Assembly: GCA_964557475.1 (NCBI GenBank)
Contig: CAZLAG010000002.1
Span: 1 to 39,550, forward strand
Reading direction: 5' to 3'
Origin: an uncultured Gammaproteobacteria bacterium
GTDB taxonomy: Bacteria > Patescibacteriota > Microgenomatia > UBA12405
DNA: 39,550 nucleotides
Part shown: positions 18,237-28,330 of the stretch, piece by piece
Layout: every line of letters starts with the position of its first letter
How positions within the stretch are numbered: the first letter of the stretch is position 1
The notes under the pieces: generated by a model
Databases searched by the model: none
What the model was told of the DNA's origin: nothing
The model's input: the letters and a program-made list of their open reading frames with translations, nothing else
Program-made: the position numbers and the translations under genes

Positions 18237-19906
18237 AATCAACAAAATCCAAAAAACCAATCATTAAACTGATATTAATATTAATATTTGCCCTTTTTAT
18301 TCGTTTTATCTTTCTAGACAAAATACCTGTTGGTATTAATGATGATGAACTTCATTTTGTTTTAAAAGCCAAAAGTTTTTTTTACGGTCAAACGATTTCT
18401 TTTGATGAAATGTCTAGTGTTATATTCTCTCCAATAATCGGCTTGTTACCTTTAAACCTAGTTACCGCTAGGCTGCCTTATATTGTTACAAGTGTCTTGT
18501 CAATAATTCTTCTTTATTTGATAGTCAAAAAAATAACTAAAAATACCAATTTATCTATATTTGTTGTTGTTGCTACTAGTCTTAATCCTTGGAGTATATA
18601 TACTGCCAGGACATCTTTTGACGCACCTGTAGCTCTTCTCTTTTTTCTATTATCTTTATATTTGATGCTAAAAGACAATAAATTTTCTATTCTTTTATCA
18701 ATTCCAATTGGTTTTCTGGCTTTTCATTCTTATATTGGAACGAAAGTCATTTATTTTCCTTTTATTTTTATTTCTGCTATCTACTGCTGGAAATTTATAA
18801 ATAAAAAATTTGGAATATATTATTTGGCTACCATTATTTTTTCTTTAATTATCACTCTCAATTTTGCTATTTCACTTTCTCATCAATCAGTTGGTCGACG
18901 TCTTTCAGAATTGTGGACTCCCTCATCACCCAAAATAGCTGCCATTGTTAACGATGAAAGGCGTGAATCTCTCAATCCAACTATTACTCTATTTACCAAT
19001 AAATACACTATCTACTTTAGAGAAGCATTTGAAAAATATCTCAATAATTTTTCTCCAAATGTCATGTTTTTAAACGGAGATGCAGCTTTTACTGGATCTC
19101 TTTGGATACATGGTTATTTTTATTATTTGGATATCATCCTAATAATTTTGGGAATGTTTTTTCTATTTCAAAGATATCGTTCTTTTTTCTTATTAATTAC
19201 TTCTTTTATTTTATTATCTCCAATTCCTGAGGCCATTCGTGGAGATTCTATTCCAGCTTATGTTTTTCATTCATCTTTGCAATATCCATTTTTATTCATA
19301 TTAGTCGGGGCTGGACTTTTTTATTTTTTTCAAATCTTTAAATCAAAATTGATTAGAATTGGTTTTATTTTTTTATATCTTTTAAGCTTTGCTAATTTCT
19401 TGAATATATATTTTCTCAAAGCTCCAGTCTACCAATCAGAAAGTTTTGTTCTTAGCTATCGTCTCATAAGTAAATATCTTTCCTTTGAAAGTAAAAACAA
19501 CAAAGAGATATATTTTTTAACTCATCAAACAGAACCTATTTACCATTCGTTTCTTTTTTATACAAATTCTCTAAACCGTAAAAATCTTGATTTCATTAAA
19601 GATGAATATAATAAAAAAGATGGTACCTTCAATTTTAAAAATATTCATTTTATTAATGAGACAAGTCATCTTCCAAAAGATAAAAATTATGTTCTAATTT
19701 ATGATGTTAATCAATTTAATTTTGATAATCTAAATAAAATTTATATCAATCAAATAGCTAGTAATAATAAAATTTTTGCTATCTCCAATGGATCAACATG
19801 TCAAAATATTCAAACAAAGAGTTTTGTTTCTAATTTTAATATTTCAGATTTAGAGATTGAAAAAATGAATGAAAATTATTTTTGTACCAAATTTATCAGC
19901 CAATAA
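18233..19906 (+). CDS. ArnT/PMT-like GT-C glycosyltransferase, divergent paralogue 2
   Basis: ATGA overlap with the upstream gene. TM1, then GINDDELHFVLKAKSFFYG...YTARTSFDAP. Multi-TM, with a ~170-aa C-terminal soluble domain. This is the most divergent member of the array. Confidence 0.75.
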   Translation: MKSTKSKKPIIKLILILIFALFIRFIFLDKIPVGINDDELHFVLKAKSFFYGQTISFDEMSSVIFSPIIGLLPLNLVTARLPYIVTSVLSIILLYLIVKKITKNTNLSIFVVVATSLNPWSIYTARTSFDAPVALLFFLLSLYLMLKDNKFSILLSIPIGFLAFHSYIGTKVIYFPFIFISAIYCWKFINKKFGIYYLATIIFSLIITLNFAISLSHQSVGRRLSELWTPSSPKIAAIVNDERRESLNPTITLFTNKYTIYFREAFEKYLNNFSPNVMFLNGDAAFTGSLWIHGYFYYLDIILIILGMFFLFQRYRSFFLLITSFILLSPIPEAIRGDSIPAYVFHSSLQYPFLFILVGAGLFYFFQIFKSKLIRIGFIFLYLLSFANFLNIYFLKAPVYQSESFVLSYRLISKYLSFESKNNKEIYFLTHQTEPIYHSFLFYTNSLNRKNLDFIKDEYNKKDGTFNFKNIHFINETSHLPKDKNYVLIYDVNQFNFDNLNKIYINQIASNNKIFAISNGSTCQNIQTKSFVSNFNISDLEIEKMNENYFCTKFISQ

Positions 19907-19912
19907 ATATCT

Positions 19913-21568
19913 ATGAATAAGAGAAAAATAATTATTTTAATTAGTATAATTTTAATCAGTTTAATAACTTTTTATCGTCTTTGTCGTCCTGGGTATTTTT
20001 CTATGATGGATGACATGCATGTTTTTCGTCTTCAACAATTTGATCAATGTCTTCATGATGGACAAATTCCTTGTCGTTTCATTAGTGATGGAGGGATGGG
20101 CTATGGTTACCCTCTTTTTAATTATTATTCACCTCTACCTTATTCCATTGCCGAAGGTTTTCATTTAATTGGTTTTAGTTTTATAAATAGTCTTAAAATC
20201 ACCTTTGCCTCTTGTCATTTAATTGGTGTTTTGGGAATGTTTTTATTCGCTTCTCTTTTTTGGGGAGAAACTGGAGCAGCTATTTCATCAATTATATTTT
20301 TATTAGCCCCTTATCAAGCCACAGACAGTTGGGTTAGGGGAGCTATAGCTGAATCCTTAGCCATCAATATTATTCCTTGGATTTTTTATTTTCTCACTCA
20401 ATTTATAAATCATAAAAAAAATAGATTACTTCTAATAGTTTCTTTAAGTAGTTTATTCTTAAGCCATAATTTAATTAGCTTGGCAATTGCTCCCGTATTA
20501 CTAATTTATTCAATAATTCTTTTATTAAAAAATAAAAATCTAAACTTAAAATCATTATTTAGATTAACTATTCCAGTTTTATTATCGCTTGGTCTTTCGG
20601 CATTTTTTGTGCTTCCAGCTATCTTTGAAAAAAATCTAGTTACCGTTGATACTATGACTCAAGGCTATTTTAATTATGTCAATCATTTTGCAACCCTAAA
20701 TCAACTTTTTATCTCTCGTTTTTGGGGATACGGTGCTTCACTTTGGGGCCCAATCGATGATATGGCATTTTCTGTTGGTTTAATCCAATGGTTACTGCCT
20801 TTAATTTCCATAATTTTAATTATTTTTAACAAACATAAAAAAAACTCTTTATCAATTATATTTTTCTTTTTAGTTTTTCTATTTTCACTTTTTTTGACCC
20901 ACAATAAATCTACTTTTATTTGGAAACTCTTTCCATTTATGCCTTATTTTCAATTCCCTTGGAGATTTTTATCAATAGCTATTTTTGCTGCTTCTTTTAT
21001 TTCCGGTTCGATCGTTCTTTTAATCAAGAAAAAATTTCAAACTATTATATTAATAATCATTGCTTTACTAACTATAATTTTAAATTTTTCTTACTTTAAG
21101 GAAGATATTTGGTATCCAAATTTAACTGACAAAGAAAAACTTTCAACAGAAAATATTATTGTTTCAAGTGGTGCTGGTCTCAAAGATTATTGGCCAAAAT
21201 TTGGTAAAAATTTCCCCAACTCTTTTTCTACTCAAAATCCAGTTGTTTTAAAAGGTAAAGTCGATTTTATTAAGTTTTACAAAAACTCTCATTCTGCCCA
21301 AGCTTATTTATCAGTTAATAGTGATAATGCCGTATTCAATTTACCTATGGTGTACTTCCCAAATTGGGAATTAAAAATTAATGGTCAAAATAGAGATTTT
21401 CAAATTGATCCAGATCTTGGTTTAATTCAATTAAATTTAACTTCAGGCCAATATAGTCTTGAACTAAAATTTAAAAACACTCCAATTCGTATTCTTGCCA
21501 ACTATTTTAGTTTAGCTTCATTAATTTTATTTGCTATTATGATAGTCAAGAAAAAAAATGAAAAATAA
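19913..21568 (+). CDS. Polytopic membrane protein, GT-C-like candidate (PTPS-related / YfhO-like type); paralogue of 36-1790
   Basis: RPGYFSMMDDMHVFRLQQ...GMGYGYPLFNYYSPLPY...HNKSTFIW...FQFPWRFL. Same architecture as 36-1790, including the C-terminal soluble domain plus terminal TM. Confidence 0.7.
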   Translation: MNKRKIIILISIILISLITFYRLCRPGYFSMMDDMHVFRLQQFDQCLHDGQIPCRFISDGGMGYGYPLFNYYSPLPYSIAEGFHLIGFSFINSLKITFASCHLIGVLGMFLFASLFWGETGAAISSIIFLLAPYQATDSWVRGAIAESLAINIIPWIFYFLTQFINHKKNRLLLIVSLSSLFLSHNLISLAIAPVLLIYSIILLLKNKNLNLKSLFRLTIPVLLSLGLSAFFVLPAIFEKNLVTVDTMTQGYFNYVNHFATLNQLFISRFWGYGASLWGPIDDMAFSVGLIQWLLPLISIILIIFNKHKKNSLSIIFFFLVFLFSLFLTHNKSTFIWKLFPFMPYFQFPWRFLSIAIFAASFISGSIVLLIKKKFQTIILIIIALLTIILNFSYFKEDIWYPNLTDKEKLSTENIIVSSGAGLKDYWPKFGKNFPNSFSTQNPVVLKGKVDFIKFYKNSHSAQAYLSVNSDNAVFNLPMVYFPNWELKINGQNRDFQIDPDLGLIQLNLTSGQYSLELKFKNTPIRILANYFSLASLILFAIMIVKKKNEK

Positions 21569-23216
21569 AATTTTATTTAGTTTAATTATTATCATTGCTT
21601 TTGTACTTCGTTTTTGGCAATTAAACAAATTTCCAGTATCTCTTAATTGGGATGAAATTAGTCATGGCTACAATACTTACAGTTTACTAAAAACTGGTAA
21701 AGATCAGTGGGGGATTTCATGGCCAATCTTTAATTTTAGAGCCTATGGTGACTATCCTACCACCTTAAATATGTATCTTTCTTTTCCCTTTGTATATTTT
21801 TTTGGTTTAAATGAATTTAGTATTAGAATTGTTTCCGCCCTTTGTGGTTTTGGTTTGGTAATAGTTTCATTTTTCTTGGGTCAAGAAATTTTTAAAAACA
21901 AAAAGATGTCATATTTCCTTATGTTTTTGGTGGCCATTTCGCCATGGACATTTTTTCCATCTCGTGGTGTCTTTCAATCCACTGTTGCTCAATTCTTTTT
22001 TTCTCTCGGCTTATTATTTTTAATTAAAGCCGTTAAAAAAATAAATTTTCTTCCCTTAGGTTTATTATTCGTTTCTATTTCTACTTACGCCTACCACAAC
22101 ACTAAAATTGTTGTCCCTCTTTTACTTTTAGCCTATCTTGTAATCTTTTTTCAAAAAACAAAAAATAATCTTTTTAGTCATCTAAAAGTATTTATTGTCA
22201 GTTTTCTAATTTTATTAGTTTTAATGACTCCTCAAGTAATCAATCTATTTAATAAAGATTCTCAAGCTAGAAGCCGTTGGGTTTTTGCTATCAATCCAGC
22301 CACAATCAACCAAATTGAAAACAATCGAAATAATTTTTCAGGCAATCCGCTAATTGCTAAATTTCTATACAATCGTGTTACTGTTTTTAGTCAAATTGTT
22401 GTCAAAAATTATCTTGGATTTTTAAATCCAAAAATACTTTTTTTTGATAGTACTCAGAATTTTCAATTTAATATTCCCGGGTTTGGAATTTTGTATTCTA
22501 TTTGTCTACCTTTTTATTATCTTGGCATAGTTTATTTAATTTTTAAAATTTTTAAAAAAGACCAAAATTCTTTATTTCTTCTATCATGGTTTCTTATTGG
22601 TCTAATTCCAGCAGTTATTACCGTTGGTGATTTTCCAATTCTTCGGGCTATGACCATACTGCCATTACCACAAATTTTTATTACTTTGGGTTGTTATCAA
22701 GCCACCAAAATCTTAAAAAACAAACAATTAAATAAAATATTTATTGCCTTATTTATGGTAATTTTAACATTTCAATCATTTAAATATTTTCAAAATTATT
22801 TTATTCTCTATGCCAAAAATCATTCAGATGCCTGGCAATATGGTTATAAACAAGCCGTGGATTATATAAAAGATAATTATAATAATTACGATCAAATCAT
22901 TTTTACAAAAAAATATGGCGAAGCTCATGAATTTATTCTTTTCTATTGGCCGTGGAATCCATCTATTTACCAAACTGATCCAAATTTAGACTGGGATTAT
23001 CATGCTGATTGGTATTGGGTTAATGCTTTTGATAAATTTAAATTTATCAACGATTGGGAAATAAAAGCCAAAACTAAGAAGTTAAATTCCAAAACACTTT
23101 TAATCACCTCTCCAGGCAACTATAATCAAGAAGATAGTCATTTAATAAAAACTATTAATTTTTTAAATGACCAACCGGTGTTTGATATTTTAGAATTAAA
23201 TGAAATCCAAAAATAA
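21558..23216 (+). CDS. ArnT/PMT-like GT-C glycosyltransferase, paralogue 3
   Basis: 11-nt overlap with the upstream gene. LNWDEISHGYNTYSLLKTGKDQWG...FRAYGDYPT...PSRGVFQS. C-terminal domain AWQYGYKQAVDYIKDNY. Confidence 0.8.
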   Translation: MKNKILFSLIIIIAFVLRFWQLNKFPVSLNWDEISHGYNTYSLLKTGKDQWGISWPIFNFRAYGDYPTTLNMYLSFPFVYFFGLNEFSIRIVSALCGFGLVIVSFFLGQEIFKNKKMSYFLMFLVAISPWTFFPSRGVFQSTVAQFFFSLGLLFLIKAVKKINFLPLGLLFVSISTYAYHNTKIVVPLLLLAYLVIFFQKTKNNLFSHLKVFIVSFLILLVLMTPQVINLFNKDSQARSRWVFAINPATINQIENNRNNFSGNPLIAKFLYNRVTVFSQIVVKNYLGFLNPKILFFDSTQNFQFNIPGFGILYSICLPFYYLGIVYLIFKIFKKDQNSLFLLSWFLIGLIPAVITVGDFPILRAMTILPLPQIFITLGCYQATKILKNKQLNKIFIALFMVILTFQSFKYFQNYFILYAKNHSDAWQYGYKQAVDYIKDNYNNYDQIIFTKKYGEAHEFILFYWPWNPSIYQTDPNLDWDYHADWYWVNAFDKFKFINDWEIKAKTKKLNSKTLLITSPGNYNQEDSHLIKTINFLNDQPVFDILELNEIQK

Positions 23217-24831
23217 ACTATTTCTCATCATTATCGTTTTAGTTTCCTTTTTAATCAGAATTTATCAATCTCAGCAATATCCTTCCTTACTTTGGGATGA
23301 AGCTGCTTTAGGTTACAATGCTTATTCAATTCTAGAAACTGGCAAAGATGAATATGGTCAATTTCTACCAATTATTTTTAAATCATTCGGAGACTACAAA
23401 CCAGGATTTTATGTTTATCTTTGTCTTCCCTTTATTAAAGTCTTTGGACTCAATCAACTTTCTACCAGATTACCATCAATAATTTTAGGTTCACTGCTTC
23501 CTCTTTTTATTTTTCTTCTTATAAAAGAAATTAGTCCCAAATCTCACAAGGTAGCTCTAATTGCTGCTTTTATAACTGCTTTCAATCCATACAATATTCA
23601 TTTTAGTCGTGGTGCTTGGGAAACTAATATTCTTACAGTTGAACTTGTTTTAGCTTGTTTTCTATTTTATCGTTATTTAAATCGACATAAATCCAAATAT
23701 TTATTATTTTCTGCTATTACTTTTGGTCTTACCCTTTTTACTTATCAAGCAGGAAAAATGATTAGTTTATTTCTCATCATTATTCTTTTTCTTCTTCATT
23801 TCAAATCTTTAAATATCAAAAAAACAATAATAAATTTTATTATTCCATTAGGTATATTTACACTTCCTATTCTTTACGGGCTCATTTTTAGTAGTAATTC
23901 TAATAGATTGAAAGTTGTAAGTTTACTTTCTTATCCTAGATCTCAACAGGAAACACAAACAATTATTAATGAAACGAATCAACTAGATTACTCCATCTTT
24001 TATAGTCAACCAATCTATTTTGTTAAAAACTTTTTATCTCGATATTTTAATCATTTTTCACCTAGATTTCTTGCTTTCGAAGGTGATTGGCAAAATCCTC
24101 GACACTCAGCACCATACGTTGGAGTTATTTTGTATCCTAGCTTGATATTCCTATTTATAGGCATATTTTTTGGTCTAAGTCGAAAAAAAATTGATCACTT
24201 AAATCTCTTCTTTCTTCTTTGGTTATTAGTCGCTCCAATACCAGCCGCCCTAACTAGAGACTCAATTCAAGCTGTTAGGTCAATGTCTCTTTCAATTCCT
24301 TTAATATATTTTATTTCCTTAGGTTTATTCGCTTTTTTTGAAAAATTTAAATCAAAAATTCTATTTATATTTATAATAATGATTTATCTATTATCTTTTG
24401 TTTATTATTTTGATCTTTATCTAAATCACACTGTCAAAAGAAATCCAATTGATTATCTTTATGGCTATAAACAAGCCATTGATTATATTCAAAAAAATCA
24501 GAATCGATTTAATCGAATTTATTTAACTGATTATTATCAACAACCATATATCTATTATTTATTTTATTCAAAATATTCTCCTTCAAAATATCAACAGCAA
24601 GCAAACTTAGAAGAAGCTTCTCTTGATACTGGTAAAATAAAAATAATTGACAATATTCGTTTTGAAACCGCTCAATTTAATTTTATTAAAGATCATCCTG
24701 GTACTTTAGGTATTTTTTCCCAAGAAGAAATATATCGACAAGGAATAGATCAAAAACCGGAATTTTCTCAGTTTATTCCACTTAGTCCAATTGGGAATAT
24801 TTCCACTTTTTATGCTTATGAAAATCCATAA
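23200..24831 (+). CDS. ArnT/PMT-like GT-C glycosyltransferase, paralogue 4
   Basis: 17-nt overlap with the upstream gene. LLWDEAALGYNAYSILETGKDEYG...FKSFGDYKPG...HFSRGAWE. C-terminal YLYGYKQAIDYIQKNQ. Closest paralogue to 24818-26437. Confidence 0.8.
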   Translation: MKSKNKLFLIIIVLVSFLIRIYQSQQYPSLLWDEAALGYNAYSILETGKDEYGQFLPIIFKSFGDYKPGFYVYLCLPFIKVFGLNQLSTRLPSIILGSLLPLFIFLLIKEISPKSHKVALIAAFITAFNPYNIHFSRGAWETNILTVELVLACFLFYRYLNRHKSKYLLFSAITFGLTLFTYQAGKMISLFLIIILFLLHFKSLNIKKTIINFIIPLGIFTLPILYGLIFSSNSNRLKVVSLLSYPRSQQETQTIINETNQLDYSIFYSQPIYFVKNFLSRYFNHFSPRFLAFEGDWQNPRHSAPYVGVILYPSLIFLFIGIFFGLSRKKIDHLNLFFLLWLLVAPIPAALTRDSIQAVRSMSLSIPLIYFISLGLFAFFEKFKSKILFIFIIMIYLLSFVYYFDLYLNHTVKRNPIDYLYGYKQAIDYIQKNQNRFNRIYLTDYYQQPYIYYLFYSKYSPSKYQQQANLEEASLDTGKIKIIDNIRFETAQFNFIKDHPGTLGIFSQEEIYRQGIDQKPEFSQFIPLSPIGNISTFYAYENP

Positions 24832-26437
24832 AATTATTCTTCCTCTAATTTTAGTCGTCGCTTTTTTAATTCGATTTGTTGATATTAGTAATACACCAGC
24901 TTTAAATCCTGATGAGGCTGCTCTAGGCTACAATGCTTATTCTTTAATTCAAACAGGTAAAGATGAACATGGAGTCTCTTGGCCACTTCATTTCAAATCA
25001 TTTGGCGATTATAAACCAGGCGGATACGTATATTTGGCCATACCATTCATAAAATTACTTGGGGTTACACCATTGGCCGTCAGATTACCGAATTTAATTC
25101 TATCTATATTAACTATCCTTTTTTTGTATAAACTTGTTTTGCTATTTACTAAAAACTATTCACTATCAAGCTTGACCGCTTTTGTTTTAGCGGTCAGTCC
25201 TTGGCACATCCATTTTAGTCGAGGAGCCTGGGAATCATCAGCTGCTCTCTCATTTATTATGATTGGTACTTATTTCTTTTTTAAGTCTATTCAGTCAAAA
25301 TTTATAAAAAACTTTTCCTTTTTTCTGGTTTTTTATATCGGATCACTTTATATTTATCATTCAGCCAGACTTATTGCTCCACTTTTAGGTCTTTCTTTAT
25401 GTATTTTATATTTCAAATTTCTTTTCAAAAAACTTCCTCAAATATTAATTCCTTTATTTTTTGCTGCTGTTTTGGTTTTTCCAGTTCTTTTTTCTTTTTT
25501 AAACAATGGGGGAACAACCAGACTCGGAGGAGTTGGTCTATCTGCTGATCAAGGACCTATCAATCGTTCTAATGAATTATTAAATCAACATCAAAGCTTG
25601 AGTCTTCCCATAAGAATTATTCACAATAAAAAGGTCTTATATCTTATTTCTTGGGCTCAAAAATATTCTTCTCATTTTGATTTAAACTTTTTAATTATTA
25701 ATGGCGATGAAGTTCCTAGATCTAAAGTACCTGAAAACGGACAATTGCTTTTAATTGATTTTGTTTTTCTTCTTGTTGGTCTTATATTTACTATTAAAAC
25801 CAAAATATTCGCCAATAAAACTAAAATATTTTTATTCCTTTTTCTTTTCATTTCGCCAATTGCTTCTTCTCTAACATTTCAAGCTCCATCAGCTCTAAGG
25901 GCATTGGCTATGATTATTCCATTATCAATATTTATTGCTGGAGGTATCTTTAGTTTTATTGAATTTATCAAAAAATATCGGATATATCGATATATATCAA
26001 TATTATTTATTCTTATATATGCTTACTTTGCCGCTTATTATTTAGATAGTTATTTCTTTCATTATGCCAAAAGATACCCATTTGCTTGGCAATATAAATT
26101 TGACGAACTTGTTCCTTTTGTCGAATCACAAAAAAATGAATTTAAGAATATCTATATTACTAATAAATATGATCAACCGTATATCCTTTTTCTCTTCTTT
26201 TCAAAATACCCTCCAACCCAAATTCAATCTCAAATCAAATTAACAACGCCTGACAAATATGGTTTTTCTACAGTTATTGGATACGACAACTATCATTTTG
26301 GTACAATTGATTGGAATCAAATTCCAAATAATTCTTTAGTAGTTGCTTCAGACGAAACCATTACTGGTGGAGAACTTATTAAAACAATTAATTTCTCTAA
26401 TGGTCAACCAGCCTTTAAAATTTATCAAAAGAAATGA
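24818..26437 (+). CDS. ArnT/PMT-like GT-C glycosyltransferase, paralogue 5
   Basis: The track starts at TTG 24791. ATG 24818 (MKIHKIILPLILVVAFLIRF) matches the paralogue N-termini; ATG 24812 is also possible. Motifs: NPDEAALGYNAYSLIQTGKDEHG...FKSFGDYKPG...HFSRGAWE. Confidence 0.8.
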   Translation: MKIHKIILPLILVVAFLIRFVDISNTPALNPDEAALGYNAYSLIQTGKDEHGVSWPLHFKSFGDYKPGGYVYLAIPFIKLLGVTPLAVRLPNLILSILTILFLYKLVLLFTKNYSLSSLTAFVLAVSPWHIHFSRGAWESSAALSFIMIGTYFFFKSIQSKFIKNFSFFLVFYIGSLYIYHSARLIAPLLGLSLCILYFKFLFKKLPQILIPLFFAAVLVFPVLFSFLNNGGTTRLGGVGLSADQGPINRSNELLNQHQSLSLPIRIIHNKKVLYLISWAQKYSSHFDLNFLIINGDEVPRSKVPENGQLLLIDFVFLLVGLIFTIKTKIFANKTKIFLFLFLFISPIASSLTFQAPSALRALAMIIPLSIFIAGGIFSFIEFIKKYRIYRYISILFILIYAYFAAYYLDSYFFHYAKRYPFAWQYKFDELVPFVESQKNEFKNIYITNKYDQPYILFLFFSKYPPTQIQSQIKLTTPDKYGFSTVIGYDNYHFGTIDWNQIPNNSLVVASDETITGGELIKTINFSNGQPAFKIYQKK

Positions 26438-27258
26438 AAAACAAATCGACTCTTTCAGTCACCCTAGCTGTTTACAATGAATCAAAAAACATAACTCGTT
26501 GTCTTGAGGCTATTAAAGATATTGCTAACGAAATTATCGTTGTTGATGGTCAATCACAAGACGATACTGTTTTATTAGCCAAGAAATTCAAAAAAGTAAA
26601 AGTAATTTCTACTACCAACAAACCCATGTTTCATATCAATAAACAAATGGGGATTGATGCTTGTAAAAGTGACTGGATTCTTCAACTTGATGCTGATGAA
26701 ATTGTTACTTCCGAGTTAAAAAAAGAAATTAATCATATTCTTCAAAAAGATCCAAATGATATAAAAGAATCTGGATTTTGGATTCCACGTAAAAATTATT
26801 TTTTAGGATCTTTTCTAAAAAAAGGTGGTCAATATCCTGATCCTACAATTATATTTTATAAAAGCGGTCAAGCCCATTTACCTTGTAAAGATGTTCACGA
26901 ACAAGCTGAAGTTAGTGGTTTAGTTGGCTGGCTCAAAAATGATCTAGAACATTATGCAGATACTTCTTTTTCTTTATACCTTCTTCGAGCCAATCGTTAT
27001 ACTACACTCTTAGCTAACGAATTAAAAGAAAAAAAAGTTAAAATTAATATCTTTAATTTTTTAAATTATTATTTTTTAAAACCTCATTGGTGGTTTTTAA
27101 AAACTTTTTTTAGACATCGTGGTTATGTTGATGGTTTTCCTGGTTTTGTTTTCTCTTTTTATTCAGCTCTTCGTTTTCCCATTGCCTACACTAAATATTA
27201 CGAATTAATTAAAACCAATCGAGATATAAATTTATCACAAGATTGGGATAAAAAATAA
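26434..27258 (+). CDS. Family 2 glycosyltransferase (GT-A), WaaE/KdtX-like subtype
   Basis: ATGA overlap. LSVTLAVYNESKNITRCL...IIVVDGQSQDDT...LQLDADE...GQYPDPTIIFYKSG. Third member of this subtype in the window. Confidence 0.85.
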   Translation: MKNKSTLSVTLAVYNESKNITRCLEAIKDIANEIIVVDGQSQDDTVLLAKKFKKVKVISTTNKPMFHINKQMGIDACKSDWILQLDADEIVTSELKKEINHILQKDPNDIKESGFWIPRKNYFLGSFLKKGGQYPDPTIIFYKSGQAHLPCKDVHEQAEVSGLVGWLKNDLEHYADTSFSLYLLRANRYTTLLANELKEKKVKINIFNFLNYYFLKPHWWFLKTFFRHRGYVDGFPGFVFSFYSALRFPIAYTKYYELIKTNRDINLSQDWDKK

Positions 27259-27259
27259 T

Positions 27260-28330
27260 ATGCCAAAAATAGCTATCAATATTTCTCCAATTTTTGATGG
27301 TAACTCTATTAGAGGAGTTGGTTATTATACTACCAATCTTATTGACGCCATTCAAAAAGAAATTAAAAAAGATAAACAATATAAAGGATGGTCTATTAAG
27401 CTTATTAAAAAAACTATTACCACTAAATCAGGTAAATATGATTTAGTTCATTATCCATTTTTTGATCCTTTTAGTCTAACTCTTAAGATTGATCCATATA
27501 TTCCGACTATAGTTACAGTCCACGATCTTATTCCACGAGAGTTTCAAAAACATTTTCCAGTTGGTGTTAAAGGAGAATTAAAATGGTTTATTCAAAAAAA
27601 TCTTCTAAAAAGAGTTGATCGAATAATTACTGTTTCTGATTATTCCAAAAAAATAATAAATCAAATAACAAATTACCCAACTAATCGAATTTTTACTACT
27701 CATTTAGCCGCCGACCCATCCTTTAAACCAATTAACGATAAACAAAGATTAAAAGAAATCCAGCAAAAATATCATCTTCCAAAAAAATTTGTTTTATTTA
27801 TAGGCGATATAAATTGGAATAAAAACGTTCCTAATTTAGTAAAAGCCTGCCAACAAGCCAATTATCCTCTAGTTATTGTCGGCTCTAGCGCCACCAAGCA
27901 AAACGTTCCCGTTCACCCTTGGACAAAAGATCTTCATTGGCTTCAATCTCAAAATTATCCGAATCTCATTAAAACTGGTTTTATTCCTGATGAGGAATTG
28001 CCTATTTTTTATAATTTAGCCACTGTTTATTGTCAACCATCATTTGCAGAAGGTTTTGGACTACCTCTCACTCAAGCCATGCAATCAGGTTGCCCTGTAG
28101 CTTATAGTCAAACCAGTTGTCTTCCAGAAATTATGTCTCAAAATGGCATTTCTTTTGACCCTTACTCCGTAAGGAGTATAAAAAATGCTCTAAAAGAATA
28201 TTGGGATAACCCTAAAGTTAGACAAAAATATAGTCAACAAGCACTTATTTATGTCAAAAAATTTAACTGGAGCTCAACTGCCAAAAATACTCTAGCAGTT
28301 TACAAATTAGCTCTTTTAAATGGAAAATAA
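27260..28330 (+). CDS. GT-B fold glycosyltransferase, family 4-like
   Basis: FAEGFGLPLTQAMQSGCPVAYSQTSCLPEIM (EX7E-type region), and N-terminal GVGYYT. Confidence 0.85.
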   Translation: MPKIAINISPIFDGNSIRGVGYYTTNLIDAIQKEIKKDKQYKGWSIKLIKKTITTKSGKYDLVHYPFFDPFSLTLKIDPYIPTIVTVHDLIPREFQKHFPVGVKGELKWFIQKNLLKRVDRIITVSDYSKKIINQITNYPTNRIFTTHLAADPSFKPINDKQRLKEIQQKYHLPKKFVLFIGDINWNKNVPNLVKACQQANYPLVIVGSSATKQNVPVHPWTKDLHWLQSQNYPNLIKTGFIPDEELPIFYNLATVYCQPSFAEGFGLPLTQAMQSGCPVAYSQTSCLPEIMSQNGISFDPYSVRSIKNALKEYWDNPKVRQKYSQQALIYVKKFNWSSTAKNTLAVYKLALLNGK

